The position numbers and the translations under genes were made by a program. This document shows, one piece after another, positions 51,501 through 64,000 of a stretch of 64,000 nt of DNA. The stretch is from the NCBI RefSeq assembly GCF_009914755.1, contig NC_060929.1. One strand, 5' to 3'. Each line of letters starts with the position of its first letter. Position 1 is the first letter of the stretch. Source of the DNA: the human T2T-CHM13v2.0 reference genome, Homo sapiens. The notes below the pieces were generated by a model. The model was not told the DNA's origin and searched no databases. It saw only the letters and a list, made by a program, of their open reading frames with translations.

Positions 51501-53316
51501 TACTGTCTGAACCAGCTCTCATTTTGATGGTCAATTAATCATCTAACTGCTTCACACTGAATAGATTTAGCCTGAAATGGATAGGATCATTAGCTGAAAG
51601 AAAAATTCCACCTCTTCTTTAGTTGCCTCAAGACCTGAAAATGAATGAGCATCATCCCTTAAAGTGTTAACACGGAAGCATTAATAAGTAAGTACCTTTC
51701 CTTTTGTAAAGGAAATAAGAGAGAACATAGCTTAGGTAGTGATTTTTGTTCATAAGAGTATCTCATAGTTTAATTATTCTGTCTATTTAAGAAATTACCT
51801 GGGAGTTAAAATTGGTCTTGGTATGATTGATGAATGCTGGGGAGGTTGCTGGTTCAATTCGTTTCAAGATCTTAATTTCTCAAAATCTGATGAAGACTAT
51901 TCAATTATAGGAAATGATCGCAAAGTATCATATTGGAAAAAAGCAGATGCTAAGTGCGGTTTTTTCCTCAAGGCAGTCTCAACTAGGTGACATTTGCCTT
52001 CTGAGCAATTTTTCTTCTAGTCTTTGGTGTTCAATATTCTGGTTTCAATCATAGATGAGGGAACATTAAAGTTGGATGAATTCTGTGGGCTTATCTACTC
52101 CACACTGCCTTACTTCACAAGGAGGCCAGTCAGGAGAAACCAAGCACTGTTTTCCATACCTACACAGCTCCAATGTATAAGCCAGTCTTTAAGATATTCA
52201 AAAAGGCTATTTATGTATGCTAATTTGACACAGGGAGTGAGAGTTTACAAAGAGCTATTAAACACATTTGTAGCCATCAGGAACTATTTCTTTGGATCAT
52301 AAACCTGCATTGCTTTCTTTTCCTTCCCCTTTGTTTCTTTTCTTTTCCCTTTTTTAAAATTTATTTTTCTCCCTCCCTTATTTACCTATTTCTGTACTTA
52401 AAGACTGTCCTGGATCTGTTGCTTGATTATATATCTTAAACACACAAACTATAAAATGGCTGTGTATACATGAAACTCACAGCTTGCATTATAATGCAGA
52501 GGCTTAAATTTGCCATCACATGGATGTTTTTCATATCATACTTTAAAAAAACACATGGATAGTTTACCCTAATAAATATTTGGGGGTACCTTGAGAAATG
52601 TAAATGGAACAGCTCCATTTCAACTTCTCATATAAAGAGTTCAGAATATTCTGTTTATGGGCTTAGTAGCTTTGTTTAATATAGTGATTGTGTATTTCAG
52701 ACCAAGAACAATGAGATAAATCCTGTTTGCACATCATTTCCACTGCGTCACTCTTCCTTGTCTACATTCTGAAGAAATCGCACTGAAAACATATCTAAAT
52801 ATTCATACTCTTTTTGAGCTTAAATTTCAGTGGCCAATTTCATACTATATTGGAAAGTTTTGTCTAATAAGAGCCTGACCTGTGTATCCTGTATAGATTT
52901 TCGCCAGCAGAGGGTATTGTCCTGAGTGCCAGCATTTTGGGGGATGGTGAACTGTATCAGCTGAGGAGCTATAGTCTATCAGTTAGGAGCATTATTCCTT
53001 TGTCTTGGATATACTTATGTTCAAAAGCAATTTCTTCTCCCTCAAGAACTCATTAAATGTATTCACCAAATTCCCTAAGGTTGGCATATTTCATGTTATC
53101 TGGATTAAAAATTTAGGACTCAGTCTCCCACATCAATTGTCTCACATAGGCAGAGTAATTTTTGAAGGACGGTGAAATTAATAAATAATTTTAGTGAATT
53201 GGGGCCCTAAAGTAACAAAGAATCTGGTCCATGATGTTTAGGAATGAAAACTATAAACTACTGCTGGATGAATGACTTCACGAATTTAAAAAAAAAAAAA
53301 AAATCCGTAAACTGAC

Positions 53317-53367
53317 CATACACTGTGTTGTAAGACATTTCATTATCTGGTAGAGGAGTTGAAATGT
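53317..53367 (-). CDS. SEMA6A: SEMA6A 51-nt alternative cassette exon (DISTPLPDNEMSYNTVY)
   Basis: tttttttatag / G|gtcagt, phase 1-1, open frame; matches the 17-aa long-isoform insertion as I recall it. Confidence 0.88.
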
Positions 53368-53504
53368 CTATAAAAAAATGATGAGGATAAAAAATTAATT
53401 AAAAAGAAACTTAAGATTTGAACATACTCAAGAGGATTAATGAAATAGACATTCTCAGATAGGTTTCCACCAGTATGGAATTATGAGAGTAATATCTTCC
53501 TTAC

Positions 53505-53525
53505 CATTCAGTGCCACAAAGGAAT
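53505..53525 (-). CDS. SEMA6A: SEMA6A 21-nt microexon (N-SFVALN-G/D)
   Basis: Strong acceptor cctcccttttgtctttcag, donor G|gtaagg, phase 1-1; supplies the NSFVALN linker. Confidence 0.93.
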
Positions 53526-54709
53526 CTGAAAGACAAAAGGGAGGAGAAGGTTACTTAATGTTTTACGCTCTGCTTGGGGCGACTTACATAAGTGGGAATG
53601 AGCTAACACAGAACTATGCCAGCGTATGGTCCCCGATACTAAGTAAGTGCTTTTTAATTTCTGCGTGTAATGTAAGATGCCTTCTACTCAGTCCGATTTC
53701 TCACCTCCATATCTCTTCCACCAAGTGAATTTCCTCCAAGTCACTGCCTTTGCCAAGAGGCAGAGAAAATGCAAGAGTTGGCAGATGAAATGGTAACTGC
53801 AATTATAGGTGACTTCGAGAGTTTAAACCCTTCTTTATACAGAGGGACATGCATATGCATAAGTGATACCTGGACCACACTTACAAAGAAAACACTTATT
53901 CTTTACATTCTCTTTTTACTTCATCCTCACAACCATGCTGTGAGAAACTGTCCAGTGTTACAGTGTTCTGAAATCATCAGGGGTTTTAGTTTGGAAGTTA
54001 AAACAAAAAACAAACCCTTACACATATTAGGCAACATATCTGGGTGTGTGCTGTGTGTTGGGGTCAGATCTCTGGTTCACTCAGCCTCTAACACTGGCTC
54101 TTTGTGATTTCCTCATTTCCCTTTAAAATCCTGTTAATTTTGTACCAGTTATAATGATTGTACCAGTTAGAGAAATCCTCCCTGAATACCTATGTGGGGA
54201 TAGGTCTGTCTAATAGAGGTAGTTCATGCTTCAGCAGGAACACGGGGAGAGGAGAAGCCATGAGCAAAGGCAGGCAGGCAGAGGGGCAGCCTTACCTCCT
54301 GCCCCGAGCAAGCACCCTTGGCAAGTGCCTCCGCAAGAGTGGGGTTAAAGGTCAAAGGCACACTACAAAGCACGAAGGCAGATCCAGGGGCTTGCTTGAC
54401 CACTAAGATTACTCTGGAAATAAAGAGTAAAGCACAGGGTTGGGACCTGAGAGCGTCCCCTATGCTACATACAGAGGCTTCCTTAGGTTCTTCTGCCTGA
54501 GAACACAGATAAGGGTGTGAGCCTACTGGTATAGTGGACATTTTATAGACACAGTACCAACCATCTTTACATGTTTCACGTATTTTCTGATTTGATCCAA
54601 ATCTACACCCCTATTTTTCTACAGACACCACTATTGCAAGTAATATAAATATGATGAAAATAGCTCATTAACATCAGCTAACTAAGCTGTTAATAAAGCG
54701 TGCACGCAT

Positions 54710-54742
<33 letters not shown>
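54710..54742. repeat. (CA)n
   Basis: Direct reading. Confidence 0.9.
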
Positions 54743-54743
<1 letters not shown>

Positions 54744-55976
54744 CTTAAAACCTGTTTCCTTGCAAATAAAGCTATAATGCACCAAGATGATTAAGGTCCA
54801 CTGATCAAACATCAAACTATTTCCCTGATACGGATGAACGCACACACGTAACATACATCTTTTAGTGATGACACTTCTCCTATGCTTATTTATTAACTCA
54901 TCAATTTTGTGTGTAAGACATAATAAGAATTTTTGCCAATATATAATATTTGTAAATGAAAAATATGTATATGGCAAAGATTTGGAGATAAGTCTGCCTT
55001 TAGCCCTCTTTATTTGATTATAACTAATCTCTAAAAAAGATAAGGTAGAAAGTTGAATGACACTTTAGAGTCTGAAATTTCAGTACTCATGACTGAAAGA
55101 TTTAGAGTTATGTCCGTGACTTCCGTTATAGAATCAAATATCAGGATAATATAGCTTCATTCCCTTAGAAGCTATTATTTGGTGCCATTTTGAATGCAAG
55201 CTTCTTGAAATTCAGCATATATAACATTCGAAACAGCACAAACTAAACATATTTTCCAAGAGTATGGTATTATTCTTTAAATTAGCATTAATAAAGCATT
55301 TTCAGGAGAATATTGATATTAATCGGGTCACATGACAACTGGGCAGAAATTTGAGCCAGATCCTTTACGTAAAGTTCTAACTAAAATGTTACCATTTAAT
55401 AACTATCTCTGAGATTTACATAGTAGGCCAATTCCTATAAAAAGATTATTTTGAATTGCCTTGTACTTGTGGGTTATTTCTGAAATTTTTTTTCCTATTA
55501 CATATGGTAATAGACACAAATCTAATTTAAAAACATAATTGCTTTTGTTAGTCGATATGTTCAAGAATAAAACAGGCCCACTCAATTAAAAAGCTAGAGT
55601 ACAATGATCAATCTTATTATTATTTGGCGGAAAATGACAGTATAAAAGCATGTTTTTAAAAACAGCAAAACTGTCATTTTGTAATGGAAATGCTGATTTA
55701 ACTTACTGCTTTGCTACAATTAATATCCTCTAGGGTGAATTTTTTCCCCTGCATTAGAATTAATGAAATAGGTGCCAGCATTTATAGTGACAACATTGAC
55801 AACACTGGCTTTAGAACGCACTGCTTTCTTTGTTTGGTATTTAGAAGATGATTTCCGTCATTTACGCATGCTTTAGTGTCAGCTGCACTCAGTTCCACAT
55901 GTGAGCTGATGTTTCTAGGCCATTCACTGAAAGCATCTTTGCCCAAAGATAAAAATGGATAAAAGACTGTACTTAC

Positions 55977-56035
55977 TGTGACAGTCCCCCAGACCATCTG
56001 TATTGCCACGCTCTATGTCCTGCTCAAAAGTCAGT
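55977..56035 (-). CDS. SEMA6A: SEMA6A coding exon, end of PSI (LTFEQDIERGNTDGLGDCH)
   Basis: 59 nt, ttttttaaaag / A|gtaagt, phase 2-1; FEQDI motif. Confidence 0.94.
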
Positions 56036-58277
56036 CTTTTAAAAAAGGAAGGGAAAGAGAGACAGAAATGAATACAATAACGTGAGTCTTCAGAAATGAG
56101 TCAAGCTTCACTAAAGACAGTAACACAGTTTGATAAATTGAGTGGCAGGTGCAAAAAAGAAATACATAACAGCTTTAAAATTTATCTCTGAAGTTTATAG
56201 AAACGAGTCTTAGGTGACTCTCCAAAGAGAAGCCATGGTTTAAGCAGTGAATTCAGATATTATTCAGGGAGATAATTAGCTTGCAGATTATTTACATCCT
56301 TCTTTACTCTAATTCTCTGAGCATTTCTTAAACATTTAAGAAGTTTAGATGTTAAAATACACGCCTCATAGAAACAATATGGAAGTCTATAAATTAAAAA
56401 GAAAAATCTTTTTTTCTCTATTCTCTTTTTCACTCCTACCCTTGCCTTCCTAGGCAAGGTTTTTTGCCTAGACATTTATCTAGCCAAAAACTTGGACGAT
56501 AAAGTGTTCAAAGGTCCAAGTGAGGGGACAGGAGCCGGTGGTGCATTTTGTGGAGACTGCTTGGTTATTTGTTCACTCCCAGCCCTGCCCCAGTCCTTGG
56601 GAGTATTACTCTCATTCTCTTTGACATGCTCATGTTTCTTCCAAGTCTACTAGGTCACCATTGGGCTGTACAAGCAACATGACATTAACAAAACCAATTT
56701 TAATAAAAGCTATTTTGATTTTTAAAATAAGCACACCAGAGTCACCTTCCTTTGGGGGCACTTTGTACATATTCCCATAATATAATTGAAACTCTTATTT
56801 TGCAACTGCTTTCAGAGTTTATTTATGAGCCGTATAGGAAAACTATTTTGAAAGTCACAGCTTGATCTAATAATCCACCGTGTTTGGTTTCTAATCTTTT
56901 TTGCCACATTAAAAATCAAATCCCTCAAAAGATGAAGATTTCTAGTGGTAATGACAGCCAATATTCATCATGCCCTGGAGCCCACTCTCCAAAGGGAACG
57001 CCCCATGTTTTAAGCAATGCCAGCATCATTGAAATATGAATGCAAACCTTAAGGAAACTATTTTGGGGTTCTTATATTGACTTAACAATAATTTTTTAAA
57101 ATTCAGTCTTATAGCCTTCGGTCACATGTTGAACATAGAAAGGACATAGGTCATCTCATAGCTCCCCTCACCATGCTTTGTGATCCTTTCTCCTCCACCT
57201 TGAGGGTTCCCATGCAAAGGTACAAAGCTCTAAGATTATAGCATGTCAATAATGCTACTTGCAAAGCTGTTCTAATAATATACAGAGACTCAACCTTTTG
57301 CATTAGTCAAATTTCTAGGTCAGATTTTATAGTTATCATCAGCTCTGTTTACGAGAGTACTTGTCCTCAAATTATGCAGGTAGTGGTCATCAGATATGCC
57401 CTTGATCTGTTTGTTTAGCTATTCTGAAATAGGAAGGGAGGCTCACAGTGATTTAAAGATGGTTCTGTTCCCCCTTTGGATCTGAGGAGGTTGAAGATAT
57501 GGCTGTGTTGAAGAAAGATCTGTGCTGTCTAACCTCCTAAACTGCCTGCCACAACCCATCAAAGATAAACATTGAATACTTCTGCAAATTTATTTTGGAT
57601 TTCACATCCACTGAAGTAAAAGCATAAAAAGAAACCTCTTAGCTAATGCCATCTAAGCATTTAAAGCCAGGGTAACAATTTTAAACACCAAAATCATAGG
57701 CATGGTGGACTGGCCTCATCTAGCTGATCTGTTGGAGAACTGCCAAGAATTGATTGACGGCCTGATGAGTAATAGGGTCAACTGTTCTTCAGCGCAGGAA
57801 AAGGTTTATTGGATGTATACACCATGCTTGCAGTACAATTACATTGCTTAACAAATGTTCTGCAATTTCTTCTCAGCCCTGCACAGTCAATTACAAAAGC
57901 CGGTTTTGCTATGGCTGGACAAACCACTCACTAATCTAATTGGTATCCTATTGCTCCTTTTCTCTGCTTTTCTCCCACCATGATGATCAAGGCAGGCACC
58001 TTCTTGTCTCTCTCTCCAGGGAATACATTGAAGCCCACTGTGTTTCCATTCTGTGTTTTTAATCAGTCCGAGGATGATTAATCAATTGGAAATCTGCCAC
58101 ATGTGATGTGGTGAGGCTCTATGAAATGGGAAAGGGTAGGAGAAAGGCTGACAGTCCCGTTGCTGGAGTTTGCACAGAAAGCTGTGTGGTGGTGTGTGTG
58201 AGCAGAGCAAATCTTACATCTAGAATACACCTTGGCTGGAAGCCACTTCACCCTCTCCCACACCTCAGGCTGCCTAC

Positions 58278-58358
58278 CTGCTGTTGGGTGATAAATGGCT
58301 GCAGGCACCACCTTCCTTTATCCATCCACAATATGGGTCTCTGGAGGCAATACAGGTT
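58278..58358 (-). CDS. SEMA6A: SEMA6A coding exon, PSI domain (TCIASRDPYCGWIKEGGACSHLSPNS)
   Basis: 81 nt, cttcctgcag / AG|gtagg, phase 2-2; PSI motif CxxSRDPYCGW. Confidence 0.96.
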
Positions 58359-58445
58359 CTGCAGGAAGAGGATGACCATGAGCTACCTAGGACTGTTTCC
58401 TAGCCACCATGGACTTTCTAATTGTCAATGAGGCAAAATACATAC

Positions 58446-58586
58446 TTTTTACACTTCCCATGTCGTTCACACCGGCCAAGGGGAACCTTTATCACACAGG
58501 TAGAGAACGCAACATACAGAGAGCTGCTTGCTCTGTCCAGCTGCATGCCCATGATCCTTTTGTCTTCGACTCCATCATAGCTGCAT
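58446..58586 (-). CDS. SEMA6A: SEMA6A coding exon, end of Sema and start of PSI (CSYDGVEDKRIMGMQLDRASSSLYVAFSTCVIKVPLGRCERHGKCK)
   Basis: 141 nt, attag / AA|gtatg, phase 2-2; inside ORF 58418..58672. Confidence 0.97.
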
Positions 58587-58724
58587 CTAATTTCATCAGG
58601 CAAGATAATATCATTAATAGACTCTTCTCTTTTTCTCGGCCCCACCCTCACATCCCACTTCCCAGCCCACAAGGCAATCTCTTAATCTAACTGGCGGTGA
58701 AACAAACAAACCCTTCTGCTCTTG

Positions 58725-58807
58725 CACACACGTAAACACACACATGTATATGTATCTATATAAACACACACACATATATGTATCTATATAAACACACACA
58801 CACACAT
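58725..58807. repeat. (CA)/(TA) compound microsatellite with an internal duplication
   Basis: Direct reading. Confidence 0.85.
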
Positions 58808-58973
58808 TGGCAAGGAGAAAATAATGCTTTTTAGGTGTTAAATTTTTACAAACAGCACTAAAAAGTCATCTAAAAATGCATAAAACCTCAGTCGGTCATG
58901 ATTTTCTCTGAATGAAAGGGGCCATAATAGCATAACAAATAATTACTAAGAAAGAACCAAATATTCCACTTAC

Positions 58974-59150
58974 TTTTCAGAGTTGTAAACACTCATCTCC
59001 TCCAGGAAAAGGCTGTCATTTAGAAAACCACTATTTCCTATTCTGGCCAAAAACTTCAAGATGATTCCCTTCTCTGATCCCAGAAAAACCACAGTGTGAT
59101 TCTGATATGGCCCAGCAGCTGTGTCCACTGCAATTTTGGTAAGGCGGTAT
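58974..59150 (-). CDS. SEMA6A: SEMA6A coding exon, Sema domain (YRLTKIAVDTAAGPYQNHTVVFLGSEKG...YNSEK)
   Basis: 177 nt, ttttag / AA|gtaagt, phase 2-2; inside ORF 58970..59170. Confidence 0.97.
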
Positions 59151-59351
59151 CTAAAATGACAGGACCACATTTCTTATCTCTTTGTTGGTCTATCATTAAA
59201 GTGTTCCCTGTTCCACTTCAAACAGCTGCGAGATAGCCTTCTAGTAATAACCTCAAGAAAAATATATGCATATAAATAATGTTCTCAAGTGGTTCTGGCC
59301 CTTTATTTCCATTTGCAGAGCACTAGTGTGGCTCCAAAGGGGAGGAAGGAG

Positions 59352-59358
59352 GTGTGAG

Positions 59359-59391
<33 letters not shown>
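59352..59391. repeat. (GA)n(TG)n
   Basis: Direct reading. Confidence 0.9.
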
Positions 59392-59395
<4 letters not shown>

Positions 59396-60549
59396 AGGCC
59401 AAGTACTATAATAGCCAAAACCACCTGAAACCACTTAGCAATAATCCCCTTCATGAACAAGGAAAAGACTAATGTCTCCTATGAGGAGGGTAAGAAGTAA
59501 TAAGAAATTCATTTAACCTTTAATTTAACATTGAAAAGCAATGACTGCGATTTCTCCATACTCTTCCTCTGAGATACAAGGCCTTCATCAACAAAATGTT
59601 TGATTGGAAAGCTTTCTGAAGGATGAGGAGGTAGGGTGCTAATGGCACTACTAAAAACTGTAAGGACCTGCAAGCCAAACAATATCCATTTAAAGCTAAA
59701 GGTGAAGGGCATACCTGGGATAAGTCCTACTAGCAATTTGCTTTCTCTGAAATCCCTTGGACATTTGACACTCCATGGGGACCTAGTTGTCCTAAGCACC
59801 ATAGCTGGAACCAGAAAACATAGACCCTCCTGCAAGTTATATACCATGGTTTCCATTTTGTGTGCCAGAGCTATTACAGTGCTTTAATATGTTTTAATAA
59901 AGTCATAGTATAAAAATAGTGGTAAAGTTAATTAACATTTTGTTTGATGGCTACCACAGTGGGATGGTACTTGGGAAAGCCTGTTGAACTGCTTGGAAAT
60001 AAGCTCTGAATAAATACAAGGAAGAGTTTTTTAATACTACCACAGATCTCTAATTGGCTGTCCCTTTGCTGTTGGCCACCAGTTCAGAAAAAGAATATTA
60101 AACTATGAATCCTTCACACCAGCAAATGTGGTATCTGTGCTCTGTGTGACAGCAAACAATCCATGAGCCATGCTCAGGTGGAATCTGCTGCAAGTTTTGT
60201 AATCATTTCCAACCAATCAGGTATCCACATCCATTCACTGGTTCTCCTTCACTGCTCCTCTATTTTTGCACAGATTGGATCAATGGGCTAATCCAGAAGG
60301 AAAGGTATTTCCTTCCTCTAATTGCTGGCATGTGTCCAACTAGCCTGAAAATATTGGAACTCTTCTCCCTGGGAATGTGTGTATAGGGGTTTAGTGGTAT
60401 CCAACCAATCGGCCACCATTTCACAGCTGAATGAATGCCCAGGATAGCAGAAGATGTTTGTGGCATTTCAAAGCATGATCCACTGATTGGTTCTCCGACA
60501 TGAGATGAAGTTAGGAAATCCATCAGGACACGGTTTGTTTGACACCCAC

Positions 60550-60705
60550 CTGACCATTGTTCTCAGGAACCATGGCCTGTTGAAGATGGAGGGCACTGCC
60601 TCATCCATGAGCGGGTGCGTCTTGATGAAGTTCAGGGTATCATCAGGGAACTCATTGGAGGTTGCATATCTTTCTAAGGAGGATGAGCCAGCACAGCAAC
60701 CTGGC
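60550..60705 (-). CDS. SEMA6A: SEMA6A coding exon, Sema domain ([51 protein letters not shown])
   Basis: 156 nt, tttag / AG|gtggg, phase 2-2; semaphorin [12 protein letters not shown] motif; inside ORF 60468..60719. Confidence 0.97.
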
Positions 60706-62871
60706 CTAAAATGAAACAAAGGGTGAGGAAGGAGGGAGCTTATTTTCTGCCTTATGGCAAATTCTTTGAATGAACTGCTTCTCTAAGCATCTGGAATGGA
60801 GGAGAATGTACTGCAGCCTGAGAGGAGGAAGTTGAACAATGCAGAATGCCACCAAGCACAATATGCTGAGATTTCCTCTGAGCCGCCTCCTCATTTCTGA
60901 GGAGCCTCAGCCAGCACAGTTCAGCCTCAGCTGGGGGCAGGCTGGCTTCCTCCCAGAAGCACAAACAAACCTCAGTAAACAGTGATGGAGCTTGAAACAA
61001 GTGAGTGAGTGTGGTTTGCACATATCTCGGGGATGGTTTTACTTATCCAAAAAGGCTGCTAGAGATTCCTCATGCATTTACTCTACAGAGGGAAAGAATT
61101 AGGTTGACGTTTTCGCAAGTGTAGAAAGAAAAGACTCTCCAAAACTCACCAGGGTATGTGCCAGCAAGACTCCGTGTAATCATGTTTCATTACCTGGGGC
61201 TCGCTCAGAGAACATTTTGGTTTTGTTTCTTATTGTTGTTTTTATTTTTGTTTGATTTTGGCAGGTATGAAAAGCCAATTATATCAGATTCTTTCCTGAA
61301 AGGTCATTTCTTGTCATTGAATGACGACCATAAAAATTTGCTTCTACAAGAAATTCTATGGTTTCAGGAGTCAAGGGTCATCCCAGCAAAGTCAGATTAG
61401 GGAAACACTGAAACCCATCTTGTCCAGACACCTGGTTTGCCTGGGTGGTGCAGAAGAGGAGATTGGACCCTCACGACACCAGCATGAACCACTCCTATGT
61501 CCACACTGTCTCAAGGCACTAACCCAGCCAGCCCCGTAGAGCATCCTGACTGCTGCAAGAGGGACGAGGCAGGCATGTGGAAGGATGTTTAATTAAACTC
61601 ACTGCCATTAGTAGAAAATCACTTAAAGTATGTGTGCTAGTATTGGTTGAGTGACACCATCTTTACATACCAAGGAGAGGGTATTACATAAGAACTTACT
61701 GAAACCTGATCCCTCAGGCTGAACTCCCCTTCCTGCTAGAAGGAACTATCTAGAACTATCTAGAAGGTAGTTAACAATCCCAGGCAATGACTTAAGACTA
61801 TCTGTCTGAGGTTGCTGGGGTGTGCTTTTCACACCTAGTCTGCTCTCCATAAGTAACAGAATATCAACATGCCAGATAATTCAGGTAATGAAGATGGATG
61901 AGTTTCTCCTCTGGGTTTAAGTGGTTCGTATTATCTAAGTTAGTTCATGTAAGTGTACTTGGCTAGGTATGTTGTGGGGAGGACTGGAGGTTGCGGAAGA
62001 GAGTTGAAAAACAAAAAAATTAGTAAGACATTGGGCTTCCTTCCAGAGGCACACAACTCCTGGGGAAGACAGACACCATGGGTTGTTTCTATGAAACTTG
62101 GAGTGCAAATGCTGCAATGGAGGTGTGAGTGCGTGCCACAGAAGAGAGGCACGCAAAGGGCTTAGCGGGGACTTCCCTCCTGTCCCAGTTAGGATGAATT
62201 AGCCTGTTTGGGAAGAGACTACATAGGACTGAGAGGTCTCTGGGTTGCCTCTGGACCATAGTATCCCATGAAAAGAATTCTAAGCCATGATTTGGGGAGG
62301 AGGACACTGCACTGTATTTGGACCCAAAACAGACCAAAACCTGGCAGACCAGAGACATCTTAATGGTCCACTGTACCCGCTGGATTCTTCTCACCCTCGG
62401 TCTAGAGTCCTAGACTGAGCTCTGATCCAGCTTGGTCACAAATCCGGAAAACACTATTTATATTTCATATTTTATTTGGGTTTAAAGACATGGGTCTCTA
62501 TAAAATTGAAAGGAAGCATAAAGAAGCAGCGGAAATCACCACCCCCAACCCCCGCTATTGAACTTGTACAATACCCTTTACCTCTCCAGGCCTCAGTTTT
62601 CCCAACTATAAGCCAGTGACACCTCAGATGGTTTCCACCATTGTAGTGTTACGTTGGATAAATAACATATATGGAGGTTAAGCAGAAGACTAGAGGAACA
62701 TTGGTTTGAGTATATGAGAAGGTAACTTTGGGTTTTGGTTAATGAGATGAAGGCAATCTGCTTGGCTGGCATGGAAGGCACTGGTGCGCAGTTCATAGGA
62801 TGTTCATTATCAGAGGTGCAAGCTTTGCCATTTCTAAAGTTTAAAATAGCCATATGAATATTTGCACATAC

Positions 62872-63003
62872 CTGGGCTTAGGAACTCGTTCATCAGGAAC
62901 TGGTGTCCAGGTGGAATCAGGAGACTTCTGTTCCTTGAATCTCCCAGTAAAAACACTGGCAATGTCAAGCATGTCATAGGCACAGACTGCAGACCCAGGG
63001 ATG
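62872..63003 (-). CDS. SEMA6A: SEMA6A coding exon, Sema domain ([45 protein letters not shown]); earlier exons lie beyond the window
   Basis: 132 nt, acceptor ttgtag / donor AG|gtatg, phase 2-2; translation matches semaphorin-6A as I recall it. Confidence 0.95.
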
Positions 63004-64000
63004 CTACAACATGATATTTCACATCAAGTGTTACTCATGCAATGGTTATGCATGTGGTTTGGAACATACTCCAGAGAAACTTTCCTGGTACAGCAAATGA
63101 AATTTAAAGTTCATACCTTGGACACTATAAATATAAGGGATCTTAGTACACAAAGAAAATATTTCTCTCAATCAAATTTGCATCAGTTGCCTTAAAGAAT
63201 GGGGTAGTTATAGGAAGCTCACAGAGAGGAAAAAAACTCTTCATGTCTACATTGCTTCTTGAACTGATTTTATTTATAAAAGAAGAATTGTTGAGCTAGT
63301 GATAGAAGTTTCATGAATTCCCTGGTACTAATTATCAGTTAATGACCTCTCTGAAGTCTCTGGAGAGCGTTCTGTGTCACTAATATTGGTGAAAATTTGA
63401 AACAAAAATGCTCTCCCATTGTCCACATATTGCTTCTTTGAATTTGGTTTTTCGAGCCAAGAACTTAGGGTGTGAGAATATGTTTGTGGGGAAACCCACA
63501 CAAATTTTATGTTAGTCTCTGTACATTTAAATTTTTACCTTCCTGATTACTTACGTAAGACTAAACAATTTAAGTTTCTAAAATGCCATCACTTTGCAAA
63601 TAAAGTACTTTATAAAGTGATAAATAACAATAATGGCCATCAGCTCCACCTATAATTATATCCTTGCCTGGCACCCCTGGAAGGACTTAGGCTTCTTTTT
63701 TTAATCAATGATGGGAAGGAATGAATTATTCATTCATCTGGGTGCACAGTTTACATTTGGACCCACATTTGTTTTTGACTAGAGTTGCTCCTTGATTTTG
63801 ATCAAATAAATTACAGGCACCAGCTGGCCAAGAGTTTTAATCAGGCTTTGAGATAGTGGGTCATTACATGGCAAGAGCGCCCAGGACAAGAGACACGGGT
63901 GCCCTGCAGTGTGGGAACATCATCCAGGGCAGGGAATATCATCCAGAGAGAATGATTTTGTCTTGAATTTTGCAAATGTTGAACAGATATAAAAATAACT

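Overview
Primate (most likely human) genomic DNA containing the 3' half of SEMA6A (semaphorin-6A) on the minus strand. Ten coding exons could be placed exactly with GT-AG boundaries and consistent reading phase: end of the Sema domain, PSI domain, a 21-nt microexon, a 51-nt cassette exon, a 165-nt stalk exon, and the large CpG-rich terminal exon encoding the transmembrane helix and cytoplasmic tail (stop at 27066). The ~3 kb 3'UTR ends near an AATAAA at 24033-24038. Positions 1-24000 are downstream intergenic DNA rich in LTR, LINE, SINE and DNA-transposon relics. No new multi-gene system is evident. The most interesting signals are candidate unannotated or minor exons in the 19.7 kb last intron (secreted, NMD or Sema-less isoforms), a palindromic two-strand poly(A) signal, and several local template-switch or duplication scars. 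Repeat boundaries and subfamily calls are by eye and approximate.
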